Shown in pieces: positions 31,580 to 41,675 of a stretch of DNA of 64,000 nt. The number at the start of each line of letters is the position of its first letter. The stretch's first letter is position 1. The DNA is from Planctomycetota bacterium (GTDB lineage Bacteria > Planctomycetota > UBA8108 > SXIK01): assembly GCA_965223265.1 (NCBI GenBank), contig OZ244999.1:128001-192000 (forward strand), written 5' to 3'. A model generated the notes under the pieces. That model made no database searches and was not told where the DNA came from. It saw only the letters and a program-made list of their open reading frames with translations. Both the position numbers and the translations under genes were made by a program.

Positions 31580-33895
31580 ATGAATCGCGAGATGCAAGAT
31601 CACCTCGAGGATACAGTTGGGCGGGACCTTCCGAAGGATTCTCCCCGTGCCTTCGGAATCGAGTCGCTCTTGCGGAACGTCCTCTCGTACCTGACCGGAA
31701 CACCTCGGAAGTCAGTAGTGCTGCTCGGTCGTTCTGGAGTTGGCAAAACCGCCCTGGTACACGAACTGGCGACCGTGCCCAAGTTGCGAGTTCGCCGCGT
31801 CTCGGCGCAGGATATCATGGAAGGTACGTCGTACCTGGGGGAATGGGAGACGAAAGTTCGTAAGCTGGTAAACCAGGCTTCAGCGACAAAGGGAATCCTC
31901 GTCTATGTTCCCCGTCTTGATGAGCTGATGCACGCCGGCAAATGCAGCAAGTCGGACAGGAACGTCCTCGCAGCCCTTGCGCCCCACATCGAGGACGGTT
32001 CTATCGTCCTCCTTGGCGAGACGACCCCTGAGGCTTTCAGGGCGGGGATCGGAGGTGATGCCTCCTTGAGCAGTCTCTTCAAGGTGGTCAAGCTGGAGCC
32101 CGCTTCCCTTCGAACGTCAAGTGCCATCGTGCGTCGCGTTGCGGTCGACGAAGGCGTACGCATGCCCCCGTCGCTATGCGATCGTTTGGTCAACTTGAGC
32201 GATCTATACGGAGCGAACACTGTACAGCCAGGAAAAGCGGTCCACGTGTTGCGCGAAGCGCTCCGTCTGGCATCTGGCCAAGGAGCACTCACCCTCCGTG
32301 ATATCTTGGAAGCTCTCTCAAGAAAATCTGGAATCCCCATTGATCTCCTCGACGACGACATCCCCATCGACGTCGGCGACGTACGGCGCTTCTTCGAATC
32401 CAGGGTGATGGGACAGGGGAAAGCTACCTGCGCGGTAACGGATCTCGTCGTCAGAGTGAAAGCAGGCGTCACGGAACCGGCAAGACCCCTCGGCGTATTC
32501 TTTTTCGCCGGTCCGAGTGGCGTTGGCAAGACTGAGCTCGCCAAGGCGATCGCCAACTTCATGTTCGGCGACGCCAGCCGCCTTGTGCGGCTGGATATGA
32601 GCGAGTATCAGGGGTTCGACGCCGTTGATCGTATGATCGGCGGAGTGGGAAGAGCAGGCCGCCTCACGTCAGCGATCTTGGAAAAGCCCTTCTCGGTCGT
32701 TCTTCTCGATGAGATCGAGAAGGCTCACGGAGGTGTCTTTGACCTGTTCCTTCAAGTCTTCGATGCCGGTCGGTTGACTGACGGACAAGGAAGAACCGTC
32801 GATTTTGGTCACACGATCTTCATTCTGACTTCGAACGCCGGCGGCACGATCCGGATTCAAGACCAGGTGCCGATCGGTTTTGCTACGAAAGGGAAAGCCG
32901 ACACCTGTTTGGAGAGCGAGCTGTGGGAGGAGCTCGAGAAAACCTTCCGGCGCGAGTTTCTCAATCGGCTCGATGAGATCATCTCCTTCGAACCGCTCGG
33001 CCGAGACGTTGTGGAGAAGATCGCCCAACAAGAAGTACAAGCATTTCTCAATCGACCTGGGATTCGTCAGCGGAATCTTGATGTGCGCGTGCAGTCGGAT
33101 GTGGTCTCCTTCGTCGCTCGCGAAGGCTATTCGCGCATCCTCGGCGCACGCGCGCTGAAGCGTACGGTCGAGAAGGTCCTTCATCCTGTCACGATCGCAA
33201 TCGCTGAGAAGAGAATCCGGAAAGGTGGTGGCATCACCGCTTCGGTCCAGGAGGGACGAGTTGTCATTGCGGTCGATTCGGACCGGACTCCTGAAGTGGA
33301 ACCCGAGTCCGTACCGGATCAGTGTGCGATCGAACCGAAGCGGCAGAATCCGGACAACAGCGAAGATCCGCGCTCTGACGGTAACGGTTCGGCGTACTGC
33401 TGGAAGATACGTTTCGTCCTCGAGACGGACGAGGGTGGCAGGAAAAGACGTTGGTATCAACCCGCTCTCTACGTTATCGATTCCGACACCCGTGGAGTAC
33501 CGCGCTATCGTTTTGTGCGACCCCTAGGTCCCGAATGCGACGACGCAGAGACGGCCGCGGACATCGGTTCAACGAAAACCAACGTCCGGCGTGATGACCG
33601 AGCTCGCAACGGCGGCATCGCCTTGCGCGTCAGCGATGTCCTTTCGCCTTCGGAGGCGTCCAGCTGGCGACTCGGTCACGCCAAGTACGCGATCTTCAAC
33701 GCGAAGTCTTCGGCAAGAGATCGCTGGAAGGTGGCAGTCGGTAAACTCACCAAGAGGAGAGGGCGCGATCTCTGGGTCGTACACCGGTATCTTGGCACCT
33801 TCTCCCGGAAGCAGACGACAGAAATAAACACCGTCGAGTTTCCGGTTAGACGCGTTAGCAAGCTTCCTCGAAAGGAAGGAAAAGTAATCCAGTGA
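31580..33895 (+). CDS. ClpA/ClpC-like double AAA+ ATPase lacking the N-domain, with an unknown C-terminal extension
   Basis: GRSGVGKT, GTSYLGEWE, RVMGQ, GPSGVGKT, RLDMSEY, LLDEIEKAH, GRLTD, PIGF, EFLNRLD, GARALKR. Confidence 0.88.
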   Translation: MNREMQDHLEDTVGRDLPKDSPRAFGIESLLRNVLSYLTGTPRKSVVLLGRSGVGKTALVHELATVPKLRVRRVSAQDIMEGTSYLGEWETKVRKLVNQASATKGILVYVPRLDELMHAGKCSKSDRNVLAALAPHIEDGSIVLLGETTPEAFRAGIGGDASLSSLFKVVKLEPASLRTSSAIVRRVAVDEGVRMPPSLCDRLVNLSDLYGANTVQPGKAVHVLREALRLASGQGALTLRDILEALSRKSGIPIDLLDDDIPIDVGDVRRFFESRVMGQGKATCAVTDLVVRVKAGVTEPARPLGVFFFAGPSGVGKTELAKAIANFMFGDASRLVRLDMSEYQGFDAVDRMIGGVGRAGRLTSAILEKPFSVVLLDEIEKAHGGVFDLFLQVFDAGRLTDGQGRTVDFGHTIFILTSNAGGTIRIQDQVPIGFATKGKADTCLESELWEELEKTFRREFLNRLDEIISFEPLGRDVVEKIAQQEVQAFLNRPGIRQRNLDVRVQSDVVSFVAREGYSRILGARALKRTVEKVLHPVTIAIAEKRIRKGGGITASVQEGRVVIAVDSDRTPEVEPESVPDQCAIEPKRQNPDNSEDPRSDGNGSAYCWKIRFVLETDEGGRKRRWYQPALYVIDSDTRGVPRYRFVRPLGPECDDAETAADIGSTKTNVRRDDRARNGGIALRVSDVLSPSEASSWRLGHAKYAIFNAKSSARDRWKVAVGKLTKRRGRDLWVVHRYLGTFSRKQTTEINTVEFPVRRVSKLPRKEGKVIQ

Positions 33896-33931
33896 TACTC
33901 CTCGTCAGGCTTTCTGCCTCCTGACGCTCCA

Positions 33932-34258
33932 TTGCGGACTACGATCTATGAAGCGCTGAACTGCACCCGCCTCAGCGAGGAGTTCGTCGTCACGGGCCGG
34001 GCCGGCAATCAGCTCGCTCGCTCGTCGATGACCAGGATCACGGCGAAGTACCTCGACGACCTCGATCACCACTACAAGGGCAGGAAGCGGCTGTCGCTCC
34101 ATTCTCTGAGAGCAACCTTCGCCACACAGCTCTGCGAGAACGGAGTTTCGACGAGGGTCATCCAGGGACTGCTCGGCCACTCGGACCCGCGGACGACGAT
34201 GAGGTATGCAGCGGTCACGGAAGCCGCTTGTCTCGAGGCCGTTCGGAAGATCGGCTGA
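33932..34258 (+). pseudogene. C-terminal fragment of a related tyrosine integrase
   Basis: KYLDDLDHHYKGRKRLSLHSLRATFAT..LLGHSDPRTTMRYAAVTEAACLEAVRKIG, nearly identical to the C-terminus of 30184-31191. Confidence 0.92.
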
Positions 34259-34399
34259 CGCCGACAGAAGGACGGTCGCCCTTTCTGAAACACGTGTTTC
34301 ACGGCGCGACCGTTCAGCACCGGGGCATACTGAAAACGTCTTCAGCAACCATTTGTGGCCTCTCCCTCTCGCCGCCTGCGATCTGGTATCCTCTCGCAG

Positions 34400-35233
34400 A
34401 TGAAAGCGGCTCCTCCACAGGATGAAATCGATCGCTTCCTGGCCACCGGAGATTACGACATCCTCTTCGTCAATTGGCCGGGGCAGAACATTGTCGACAA
34501 GGCGCAGCGCGGCTCACGGATCCTCGCCGACGCGCTCGCTGCCGAGGTGCGCCGGCGAGCAGAAGGCATAACCGTTCGAACTCCTGATGCTCTCCGTGGA
34601 ACGGATACCGCCGCGTTTGCCCGAAGAAAGGTAGAGCCAATGGTGCGGGGCTTGTTCTCCCGCGTAGAGCAAGATCCTGTACTCGCCCTCCTCGAGCGAT
34701 CGCTGGTCTTTCTGACACCCGAGACGATCGAGCCTCTGATCCAGAACGAGAGATCCCTAGGCACCGCAAGGCTCGCTGCGAACGTCTATCTGGACAGCAT
34801 CGGCGCAGAACCACTGGACGAGGACGAAACAGTTCCCGTGGGGTTCTCGGAGGAGACGACGTGCTACGTCTCGATTGCGTACTTCGATGTCGACGATCCC
34901 TTCGCCGACTACGTGATCCACGAGGCCGCGCACGTGTTCCATAACACGAAGCGAAAGACGCTGGGTCTTCACGAGACGAGGCGCCGAGAATGGCTCCTGC
35001 CGATTGAATTCGTGAAGCGGGAGACGTTCGCATACGCGTGCGAGTTCTACTCTCGCATTCTCGAGCTTGGGAAACGCTCTTCAGAGCGAAAAGAACTCCT
35101 GGAGAAGTTAAAGGACCGCGCATCGCTTCCGGACGAGCGAGCCGACTTTGACGAGTTGCTCGACATCCTGGACCGTGCGCTCGACCGGCGAAACGGGTGG
35201 AAGACGATCTTGGAGAGATGCTCGGTTCGGTGA
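34400..35233 (+). CDS. Hypothetical protein with HExxH motif (possible zinc metallopeptidase)
   Basis: YVIHEAAHVFH and downstream RETFAYACE. Confidence 0.65.
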   Translation: MKAAPPQDEIDRFLATGDYDILFVNWPGQNIVDKAQRGSRILADALAAEVRRRAEGITVRTPDALRGTDTAAFARRKVEPMVRGLFSRVEQDPVLALLERSLVFLTPETIEPLIQNERSLGTARLAANVYLDSIGAEPLDEDETVPVGFSEETTCYVSIAYFDVDDPFADYVIHEAAHVFHNTKRKTLGLHETRRREWLLPIEFVKRETFAYACEFYSRILELGKRSSERKELLEKLKDRASLPDERADFDELLDILDRALDRRNGWKTILERCSVR

Positions 35234-36261
35234 ATAGGGGCGATCGGTGATCCGAGCAGCCTTCGCGATTGGGTTTTAATCCACCTAACCCACCCCTTCC
35301 TTCCCACGGACCAGCCCGTCTGGCTATACTGCGCTCCCGAGCTTTCAGAGCCGCCCAACTCGTGGAGAGAACTGGCCATGGGTCACTACTGCCGGATGTG
35401 CGGTCGCGTGCGCGACTTCAAAAGTGGCAGCTAAACTTTCCAGGATGAATCCCCAAACCGAATCCATTTGGGTGATTCGTGTTGTGGATCGATCGGGAAC
35501 AGGCCCGGTGTTTACGTACCGCTACTCGCGAGAGGAAGTCCGAGACGTTCTCGACGGCGTCAACCCATGTGGAGATCTAGCATCTTGACAAGACTTGAAT
35601 GGCGACGGTGATCTCCTCGCTTGATACGAGGGATCGCAGTCCCACGATCAGGGATCGTGAGCGTGCCAACAGCAAACTCGAAGCTCGAACGAGGAACGGG
35701 GTAGCCATCGAGCTGCCCCGTTCTGTTCTACTGCGAGAGCGGGTTTCCGGAGCGCGCGCTAGCATAGCGGGTTTTACGAGGAATCGCGGTTCTTCCAGCT
35801 TTGCCGGCTTGGGTAGACGGGGAAGAACGCGGAATCAGAGTGAAGGATCCCATCACGCACGACGAAATGGGCGAACGCTGGTAGGTGAAACACGTGTTTC
35901 ATCCGTCAACAGCACAGGAGAACCAGCTTGAAGTGTTTTTGATCGAGTGCGATCGCACCGGGTGGTGTAACGTTTCGTCTGTAAATTCATCCCATCGACC
36001 TTCGATGAATCCTTCGATGGTGATGGGATGTTAGGAAACCCACAAAGCCGGGGTTCGGTATGAGGGAGAGGTGGGGAAGGAGAAGGAAAAGAGGTGGGAT
36101 CGAGTGGTGGTCGTGGTCGACGCGCGAGACCTCGGTTCTCCGAAGACCGCCGCTTATCCGTTCGATTTGACGTTCGCCGTTCGGTCCGGACGGAATGCGC
36201 AGGCGATTTGGTTTGAAGCGTTCTGAGGCGAAGAGATCGTGGGAAATCGGCGGTTCCGACC

Positions 36262-36567
36262 TTAGCTCGGCAGCTCCGAGGCGAGTGGCGTTACCGGAGT
36301 CGGCATCGCATCCGGTTGATCCCCGTGATCTATGTGTGCCAATGCCAGATCCATTTGAGCGTCAAGCAGCTCCCGCTTTGGGACCACAGCTTTCACGATG
36401 TTTTGGATCTGCGATCGGCAGTACTCAGCCTCCGGAGTTCCTGGGTGCGTGGCCATGACGCTCCTATAGAGCTCGAGCGCTTTGCGCAAGTCCTTCGTCG
36501 AGTAGTGTGCCGCGTGCGCCGCAGCGTATTGCTTGCTTGCCTCTGTAGGTCCGGTGCCGTGTTTCAT
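36262..36567 (-). CDS. Small TPR-like hypothetical protein
   Basis: ALELYRSVMATHPGTPEAEY helical pattern; AGAAGAG upstream. Confidence 0.65.
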   Translation of the reverse strand: MKHGTGPTEASKQYAAAHAAHYSTKDLRKALELYRSVMATHPGTPEAEYCRSQIQNIVKAVVPKRELLDAQMDLALAHIDHGDQPDAMPTPVTPLASELPS

Positions 36568-36904
36568 GTCTCTTCTTCTGATCTCCTCGCGCGCGCGATC
36601 CTGTGACCTCTGCGACGGAGCACGACCTGGACCGCTTTCGCTGGTCGCTTTGGCCGGAACGCCCGATGAGCAGGACTTGTGAGCAGATCTCTGAGATGCG
36701 CTTCGAAGAAAAAAGGGGAAAAGGAGGGAAGAGGACGGAAGATGTCCTCTTCCCGATCCTTCCTCGTTTGTTTCAGGCCCAAATGATTCTCATCGAGTTC
36801 GAGCTCGAAGACAAAGGAGGGAAGAGGATGGGGTGCCCTCTTCCCGTCCCAGAGAAGTGAAGAGAGATCGTGGGGAGTTGGTGGTTCGGTCAACAGGAAG
36901 AACT

Positions 36905-37132
36905 TCATTGGGGATCGACCGCGTCGACGACCGCGTCGAACCTGGCGCGTTCGTTGCTCGCGTAGCTCGCGGCGTTCGAAATCGTGTCGCCGAGATCCTT
37001 CAGCCACTTCTTGACGAGATCAGCGTCTGGATGCGCGGGGGCCCGCAGCCCGGCTTCGCATCTCCGACAAGCATCGGCCGCTGCGTAAAGAGCGTGCAGC
37101 AGGCTCGTCGTCATTGGCTCCTCGTTTGTCAT
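36905..37132 (-). CDS. Small hypothetical protein
   Basis: AAGGA before the ATG; helical composition. Confidence 0.4.
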   Translation of the reverse strand: MTNEEPMTTSLLHALYAAADACRRCEAGLRAPAHPDADLVKKWLKDLGDTISNAASYASNERARFDAVVDAVDPQ

Positions 37133-37610
37133 TCCTTGCCCATCTTCTGGATCACCGTACATCCGGTTGCAACATGGCCAACCGCCACGGCGTCCTCTCC
37201 ATGCGTCTCTATATTGTCCTATCCATGACTATGCGAGATTCCGACGGCTACGAATTCGCCGATCCATGTCGAGACTTTACGAAGCGCTCGGTCGTTCGGT
37301 TGCTTCGGAGGCACTGTCTGCGCGAGGTTGCGCGTCAGTGGGCCGCTTCCGAGCTCCAACGGAGATCGGGACTAGCTCAGCTCGTCCACACAACCGAAGA
37401 CACGTCCGTTTTAGTAACAAGGCGCATAGAATCGCGGTGTCACGAATGAATCCAATCAAGCCTTTCATATCGACCTCCAGTGTACAGAATGGTTGTGGCC
37501 CACCAGTGAGCTGAACAGTCGGACGTCGTTCAATTCCGGTTTCACTGGCGGGGCCGACGAATCACCAACTCCAACCCAACCCTTTTGGTCCGCTCCTTGA
37601 GCGAAGAGAC

Positions 37611-37925
37611 TCATTTGACTTCAACACGATGGAAAGTGGAGTGGACAACCTCATAGGCTTCAACGTGAGGATCGCCCTCGACCACTTCCGCGAAAATCTT
37701 CAGCACTTCGGAATACCGTCCTCGGTGGTAAGCGTCAGCGCTCTCCTTCTTGTCCCACAGACTGATGGCGACTGCCATCGTCCCACCGGGGGCAACGAAC
37801 GTGATCTCCTCCTGGAATCCGCGCTGCGCTCGCAACAGCGGAATCAACTCGTTCTCCAACGTTCGGGATAGTTCGGGAGTGCCATCGGCGTCCTTCAGAT
37901 TCATCACCACTTGGTGCGCATACAT
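37611..37925 (-). CDS. ABM-like (dimeric alpha+beta barrel) protein
   Basis: IPLLRAQRGF, ISLWDKKESADAY; AAGGA RBS. Confidence 0.7.
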   Translation of the reverse strand: MYAHQVVMNLKDADGTPELSRTLENELIPLLRAQRGFQEEITFVAPGGTMAVAISLWDKKESADAYHRGRYSEVLKIFAEVVEGDPHVEAYEVVHSTFHRVEVK

Positions 37926-38246
37926 GTCGGCGTCGTCCTTGGTTCGTTGCGGGGGAGGCGACGACTCAGATAACCTATTTCGGTTTAGAGGCTCGGCCAC
38001 CTTGGTCCACGCTTAACCATTATGAGTGAATTCGCTTGATCGGTCAAGGAAATAGCGGTACGATTTCCCCAGATTAACCGATTATGGTAAAGTCATTGGC
38101 GTGGAAAGCTCTGGCACCGAAGAAAGTGGTTTTGCTCCACGACAGTCGTGTGGACGTTTCACAAGCAGAGTATTGGAAGTGACTTGCGGAATCCGAAGAG
38201 GGATCTGCACCCAGACGATTGCGGTGCATCAAGCGGAGGCCCTGCT

Positions 38247-39104
38247 GTGGATGTTTGTTTGCTGATCAAACAGCGCTTGGAAGAACTTGGGCTCGAGCAG
38301 AAGGACCTCGCGACTGCTGCGAACGTTACGGAGTCGTATGTCTCCCAGTTATTGACGCGGAAGAAGACCCCCCCGGCGCCAGACCAGAGCGACATCTACG
38401 AAAGGATGGCGAAGCTCTTGAAACTCCCGAGCAGCCAGCTTTCGAAGCTGGCTGACGCCCGGCGTAAAGAGGAGTTGAAGAAAAAGCTCGGGGACCCAGC
38501 AGCGCCGTTGTTCAAGGAGATTCGCGAGCTGATTCTCCGGAAGTGCTCACCGGCGGAAGAAAAGCAAGTCCGCGCGGTCTTCGAGAAGCAGCCCTTCGGC
38601 GAACTCGAACGTCTCGTCACCCAAAAGCTCTTGGATGTCGTCAAGCAGCTCGCCAAGGAAGAGTTGGAAAACGAAAGCTGGCTTCGCGAAGCGGCGCGAC
38701 TCGGCGACCGAAGCTATGAACAGATGCGCGTTGTCATCCTCGAGTTCCTGGAGACGGACGTCTTCAACTTGTCACCGGAAAACTGTGTTTCCTTCCTGGA
38801 CCCGCTGATTGAATCCTGGCGTATCGACCTGACGACATTTGGTATGGACATCGTGTTAAACCGGAGGCTGGCCCCAGCGCACCGCAAGAGATTCGAATTC
38901 GTGGAAACGGATGCCGACCACCGGTTCGAGGAAGAACCGGGGCTCGAAGAATTCTTCCGTGACCCTTCCCTCAGCGGCGACGCTACTGCGGAAGAAATCA
39001 AGTTTCTAAAGAGGCTGAATCTCAGAGGGAAACGACCCACGGCCCTTTACTATTACCGCGAATTACAGAACCTCAGAGACCCGATCCATTTTCGAACGGG
39101 ATAG
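38247..39104 (+). CDS. XRE-family HTH transcriptional regulator
   Basis: RLEELGLEQKDLATAANVTESYVSQLL; GGAGG before the GTG. Confidence 0.85.
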   Translation: MDVCLLIKQRLEELGLEQKDLATAANVTESYVSQLLTRKKTPPAPDQSDIYERMAKLLKLPSSQLSKLADARRKEELKKKLGDPAAPLFKEIRELILRKCSPAEEKQVRAVFEKQPFGELERLVTQKLLDVVKQLAKEELENESWLREAARLGDRSYEQMRVVILEFLETDVFNLSPENCVSFLDPLIESWRIDLTTFGMDIVLNRRLAPAHRKRFEFVETDADHRFEEEPGLEEFFRDPSLSGDATAEEIKFLKRLNLRGKRPTALYYYRELQNLRDPIHFRTG

Positions 39105-39344
39105 AGTGCGCTTGGCTACCGAAGGACGGCTCAGTCGTTGCGGCTTTCACATGATCCGCCCGTCTACATTCCTTTTAAACAAACGTGGGGCCGATCGTTG
39201 AATCCCAGAGACGAAAGCATCGTGGCGCTCAAGCAGGCCGAAGCCCCGGCTGCGCGGCTGGTCGCAGTCACTGGGGGTTTTGAAACAGCCCCAATCTAAG
39301 TCCAGAAGCTGGGCGGCTGACGCTCGGAGAAAGGAGGACGTCCT

Positions 39345-41645
39345 ATGGTGCGTGTCTCGGAGATTCGAAAGCTCGCGTTGATAGGCGATTACCTGCCGCG
39401 CAAGTGCGGCATTGCCACCTTCACCTCGGACTTGTTCCACGCCGTGGCCGACAAGTACCCGTCGGTCGACCGCATGGTAGTCCCGGTGAACGATGTCGAC
39501 GAGGGCTACGACTACCCACCAGAAGTCAGCTTTGCGTTCTTCCAGCAGGACCTCGATTCGTATCGCCGTGCGGCCGATTTCCTCAATTTCAGCACTGCCG
39601 ACGTCGCATGCCTCCAGCACGAGTACGGCCTCTACGGCGGGCCGGCTGGCCGGTACATCCTCGCGCTCTTACGTGACCTGCGCATGCCGATCGTCACAAC
39701 GCTACACACGGTGCTTCGCGAACCCACAGACGACCAGAGGCAGGTGATGGTCGACCTGGGCGAACTTTCGTCCCGGCTCATCGTGATGTCGGAGCGCGGT
39801 CGCGATTTTCTGATCGACCTCTACGGCGTGCCCGAAGGCAAGATCGACGTGATAGCCCACGGCATCCCCGATATGCCCTTCGCCTCGCCCGACCCTTACA
39901 AGGACCAGTTCGGCGTCGACGGGAAACACGTCGTGCTCACCTTCGGCCTGCTCTCTCCAAACAAGGGCATCGAATACGCTCTCAAGGCGCTGCCCGAAGT
40001 CATCCACGAGTTTCCGAATCTAGTCTACATCGTACTGGGAGCCACGCACCCCAACCTGGTCCGAGAGCAAGGCGAGAGCTATCGGAGGAGCCTCGAGCGT
40101 CTGGCCGGCGATCTGGGCATCGCGAAACACGTGATCTTCTATGACCGTTTCGTCGAACGCGAAGAGCTGATCGAGTTCATTGGCGCTGCCGACATTTACT
40201 TGACCCCTTACCTGGAGCCGGCGCAGATTACCTCGGGTACGCTCGCCTACGCCTTTGGCTGCGGCAAGGCGGTGGTCTCCACCCCCTACTGGCACGCCGA
40301 GGAGTTGCTAGCGGACGGCCGTGGCGTGTTGGTGCCGTTTCGCGATTCACAGGGCATAGCGCGCGAGCTGTTAGACCTCCTCCGCAACGAGCCGAAGCGG
40401 CACGCGATGAGCAAACACGCCCACACACTGGGGCGAGATATGATTTGGACTCACGTGGGCCACCTCTACATGAATTCGTTTCAGCGGGCGCGGCAGACCC
40501 GCCTCGACAAGGCCGTCAAGCCACTGGCGATTCTCACGCTGGAGGAGCGCCACTGGGAACTGCCCAGGTTGCGGGTCGATCACCTGTTGCAAATGACCGA
40601 CTCGACCGGGCTGCTGCAGCACGCCCGTTACACCCTACCCAACTTCGCGGACGGCTACTGCACGGATGACAATGCCCGGGCCCTGCTGTTTGCGATGCTG
40701 CTCGAGGAGATGGGGCTCGACACGCCAGAGACTCGGCAAGCGACGACGCGCTACGCAGCTTTTCTCAACGCGGCCTTCGACCCCGAATGCCGGCGGTTTC
40801 GCAACTTCCTCAGCTTCGACCGCCGTTGGCTCGAGGACGTAGGCTCAGACGATTGCTTCGGCCGCGCCCTTTGCGCCCTGGGGGCCTGTATCGGCCGCTC
40901 CAAGCAGCCGAGCCTACAGTCCTGGGCCATGCAGATTTTTCAGGGCGCACTTACCTCCAGCGTCGAGTTGACTTCGCCCAGAGCCTGGGCCGCGACTCTC
41001 ATCGGCATCCACGACTACCTCGGCCGACTCAATGGCGACCGGTTGGTCAACGACGTGCGAGACACGCTGACTGAGCGACTGATCGATCTCCACGAGCGCA
41101 CCGCTTCCGCCGAATGGTCGTGGTTTGAGGATGTCCTGACTTACGACAACGCCCGGCTGCCACAAGCCCTGATCCTCAGCGGCCGCGACACCCCGAACGC
41201 CAAAGCCCTGGACATCGGACTCCAGAGCCTCCGCTGGCTGGCGGAGATGCAGCGGACGCAAGAGGGGCACTTCCGGCCGATCGGCTGTAAGGGGTTCTGC
41301 CGGCGGGGCAGCGATCGGGCCGACTTCGACCAGCAACCGATCGAGGCCTTGGCGATGGTTTCCGCCTGCGTCGAGGCCTATCGTACGACCAAGGATGTGT
41401 CGTGGCAGAACGAAGCCCGCCTGGCCTTCGAGTGGTTCCTTGGACGCAACGACCTTGGGCTCGAACTCTACGACGAGCGCACCGGCGGTTGCAACGACGG
41501 CCTCCAGGAAGATCGAGTCAACCAAAACCAGGGGGCTGAATCGACACTTGCGTTCCTTCTCTCGCTGGTTGAGTTGAAGCAACTCGAAAGCTCCTTGGCC
41601 GCGTTCCACCGCACGGCGGAGATGGCGACCGACCAGCATGCATAA
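39345..41645 (+). CDS. GT4 glycosyltransferase fused to a six-hairpin glycosidase-like C-terminal domain
   Basis: PRKCGIATF, QHEYGLYGG, FGLLSPNKGIE, SGTLAYA; GYCTDDNARAL, TYDNARL, FDQQPIE, NQGAEST. Confidence 0.88.
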   Translation: MVRVSEIRKLALIGDYLPRKCGIATFTSDLFHAVADKYPSVDRMVVPVNDVDEGYDYPPEVSFAFFQQDLDSYRRAADFLNFSTADVACLQHEYGLYGGPAGRYILALLRDLRMPIVTTLHTVLREPTDDQRQVMVDLGELSSRLIVMSERGRDFLIDLYGVPEGKIDVIAHGIPDMPFASPDPYKDQFGVDGKHVVLTFGLLSPNKGIEYALKALPEVIHEFPNLVYIVLGATHPNLVREQGESYRRSLERLAGDLGIAKHVIFYDRFVEREELIEFIGAADIYLTPYLEPAQITSGTLAYAFGCGKAVVSTPYWHAEELLADGRGVLVPFRDSQGIARELLDLLRNEPKRHAMSKHAHTLGRDMIWTHVGHLYMNSFQRARQTRLDKAVKPLAILTLEERHWELPRLRVDHLLQMTDSTGLLQHARYTLPNFADGYCTDDNARALLFAMLLEEMGLDTPETRQATTRYAAFLNAAFDPECRRFRNFLSFDRRWLEDVGSDDCFGRALCALGACIGRSKQPSLQSWAMQIFQGALTSSVELTSPRAWAATLIGIHDYLGRLNGDRLVNDVRDTLTERLIDLHERTASAEWSWFEDVLTYDNARLPQALILSGRDTPNAKALDIGLQSLRWLAEMQRTQEGHFRPIGCKGFCRRGSDRADFDQQPIEALAMVSACVEAYRTTKDVSWQNEARLAFEWFLGRNDLGLELYDERTGGCNDGLQEDRVNQNQGAESTLAFLLSLVELKQLESSLAAFHRTAEMATDQHA

Positions 41646-41675
41646 GACACTATTCAGAGGAGCGGCAGGGAGTCG

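Noticed and set aside
34286-34301. Canonical parS site
   Set aside because: Half-sites are in the opposite order to TGTTTCACGTGAAACA and no parAB is nearby.
35378-35433. MGHYCRMCGRVR stub, possible start of a Zn-finger protein
   Set aside because: Only 18 codons before a stop; at most a remnant.
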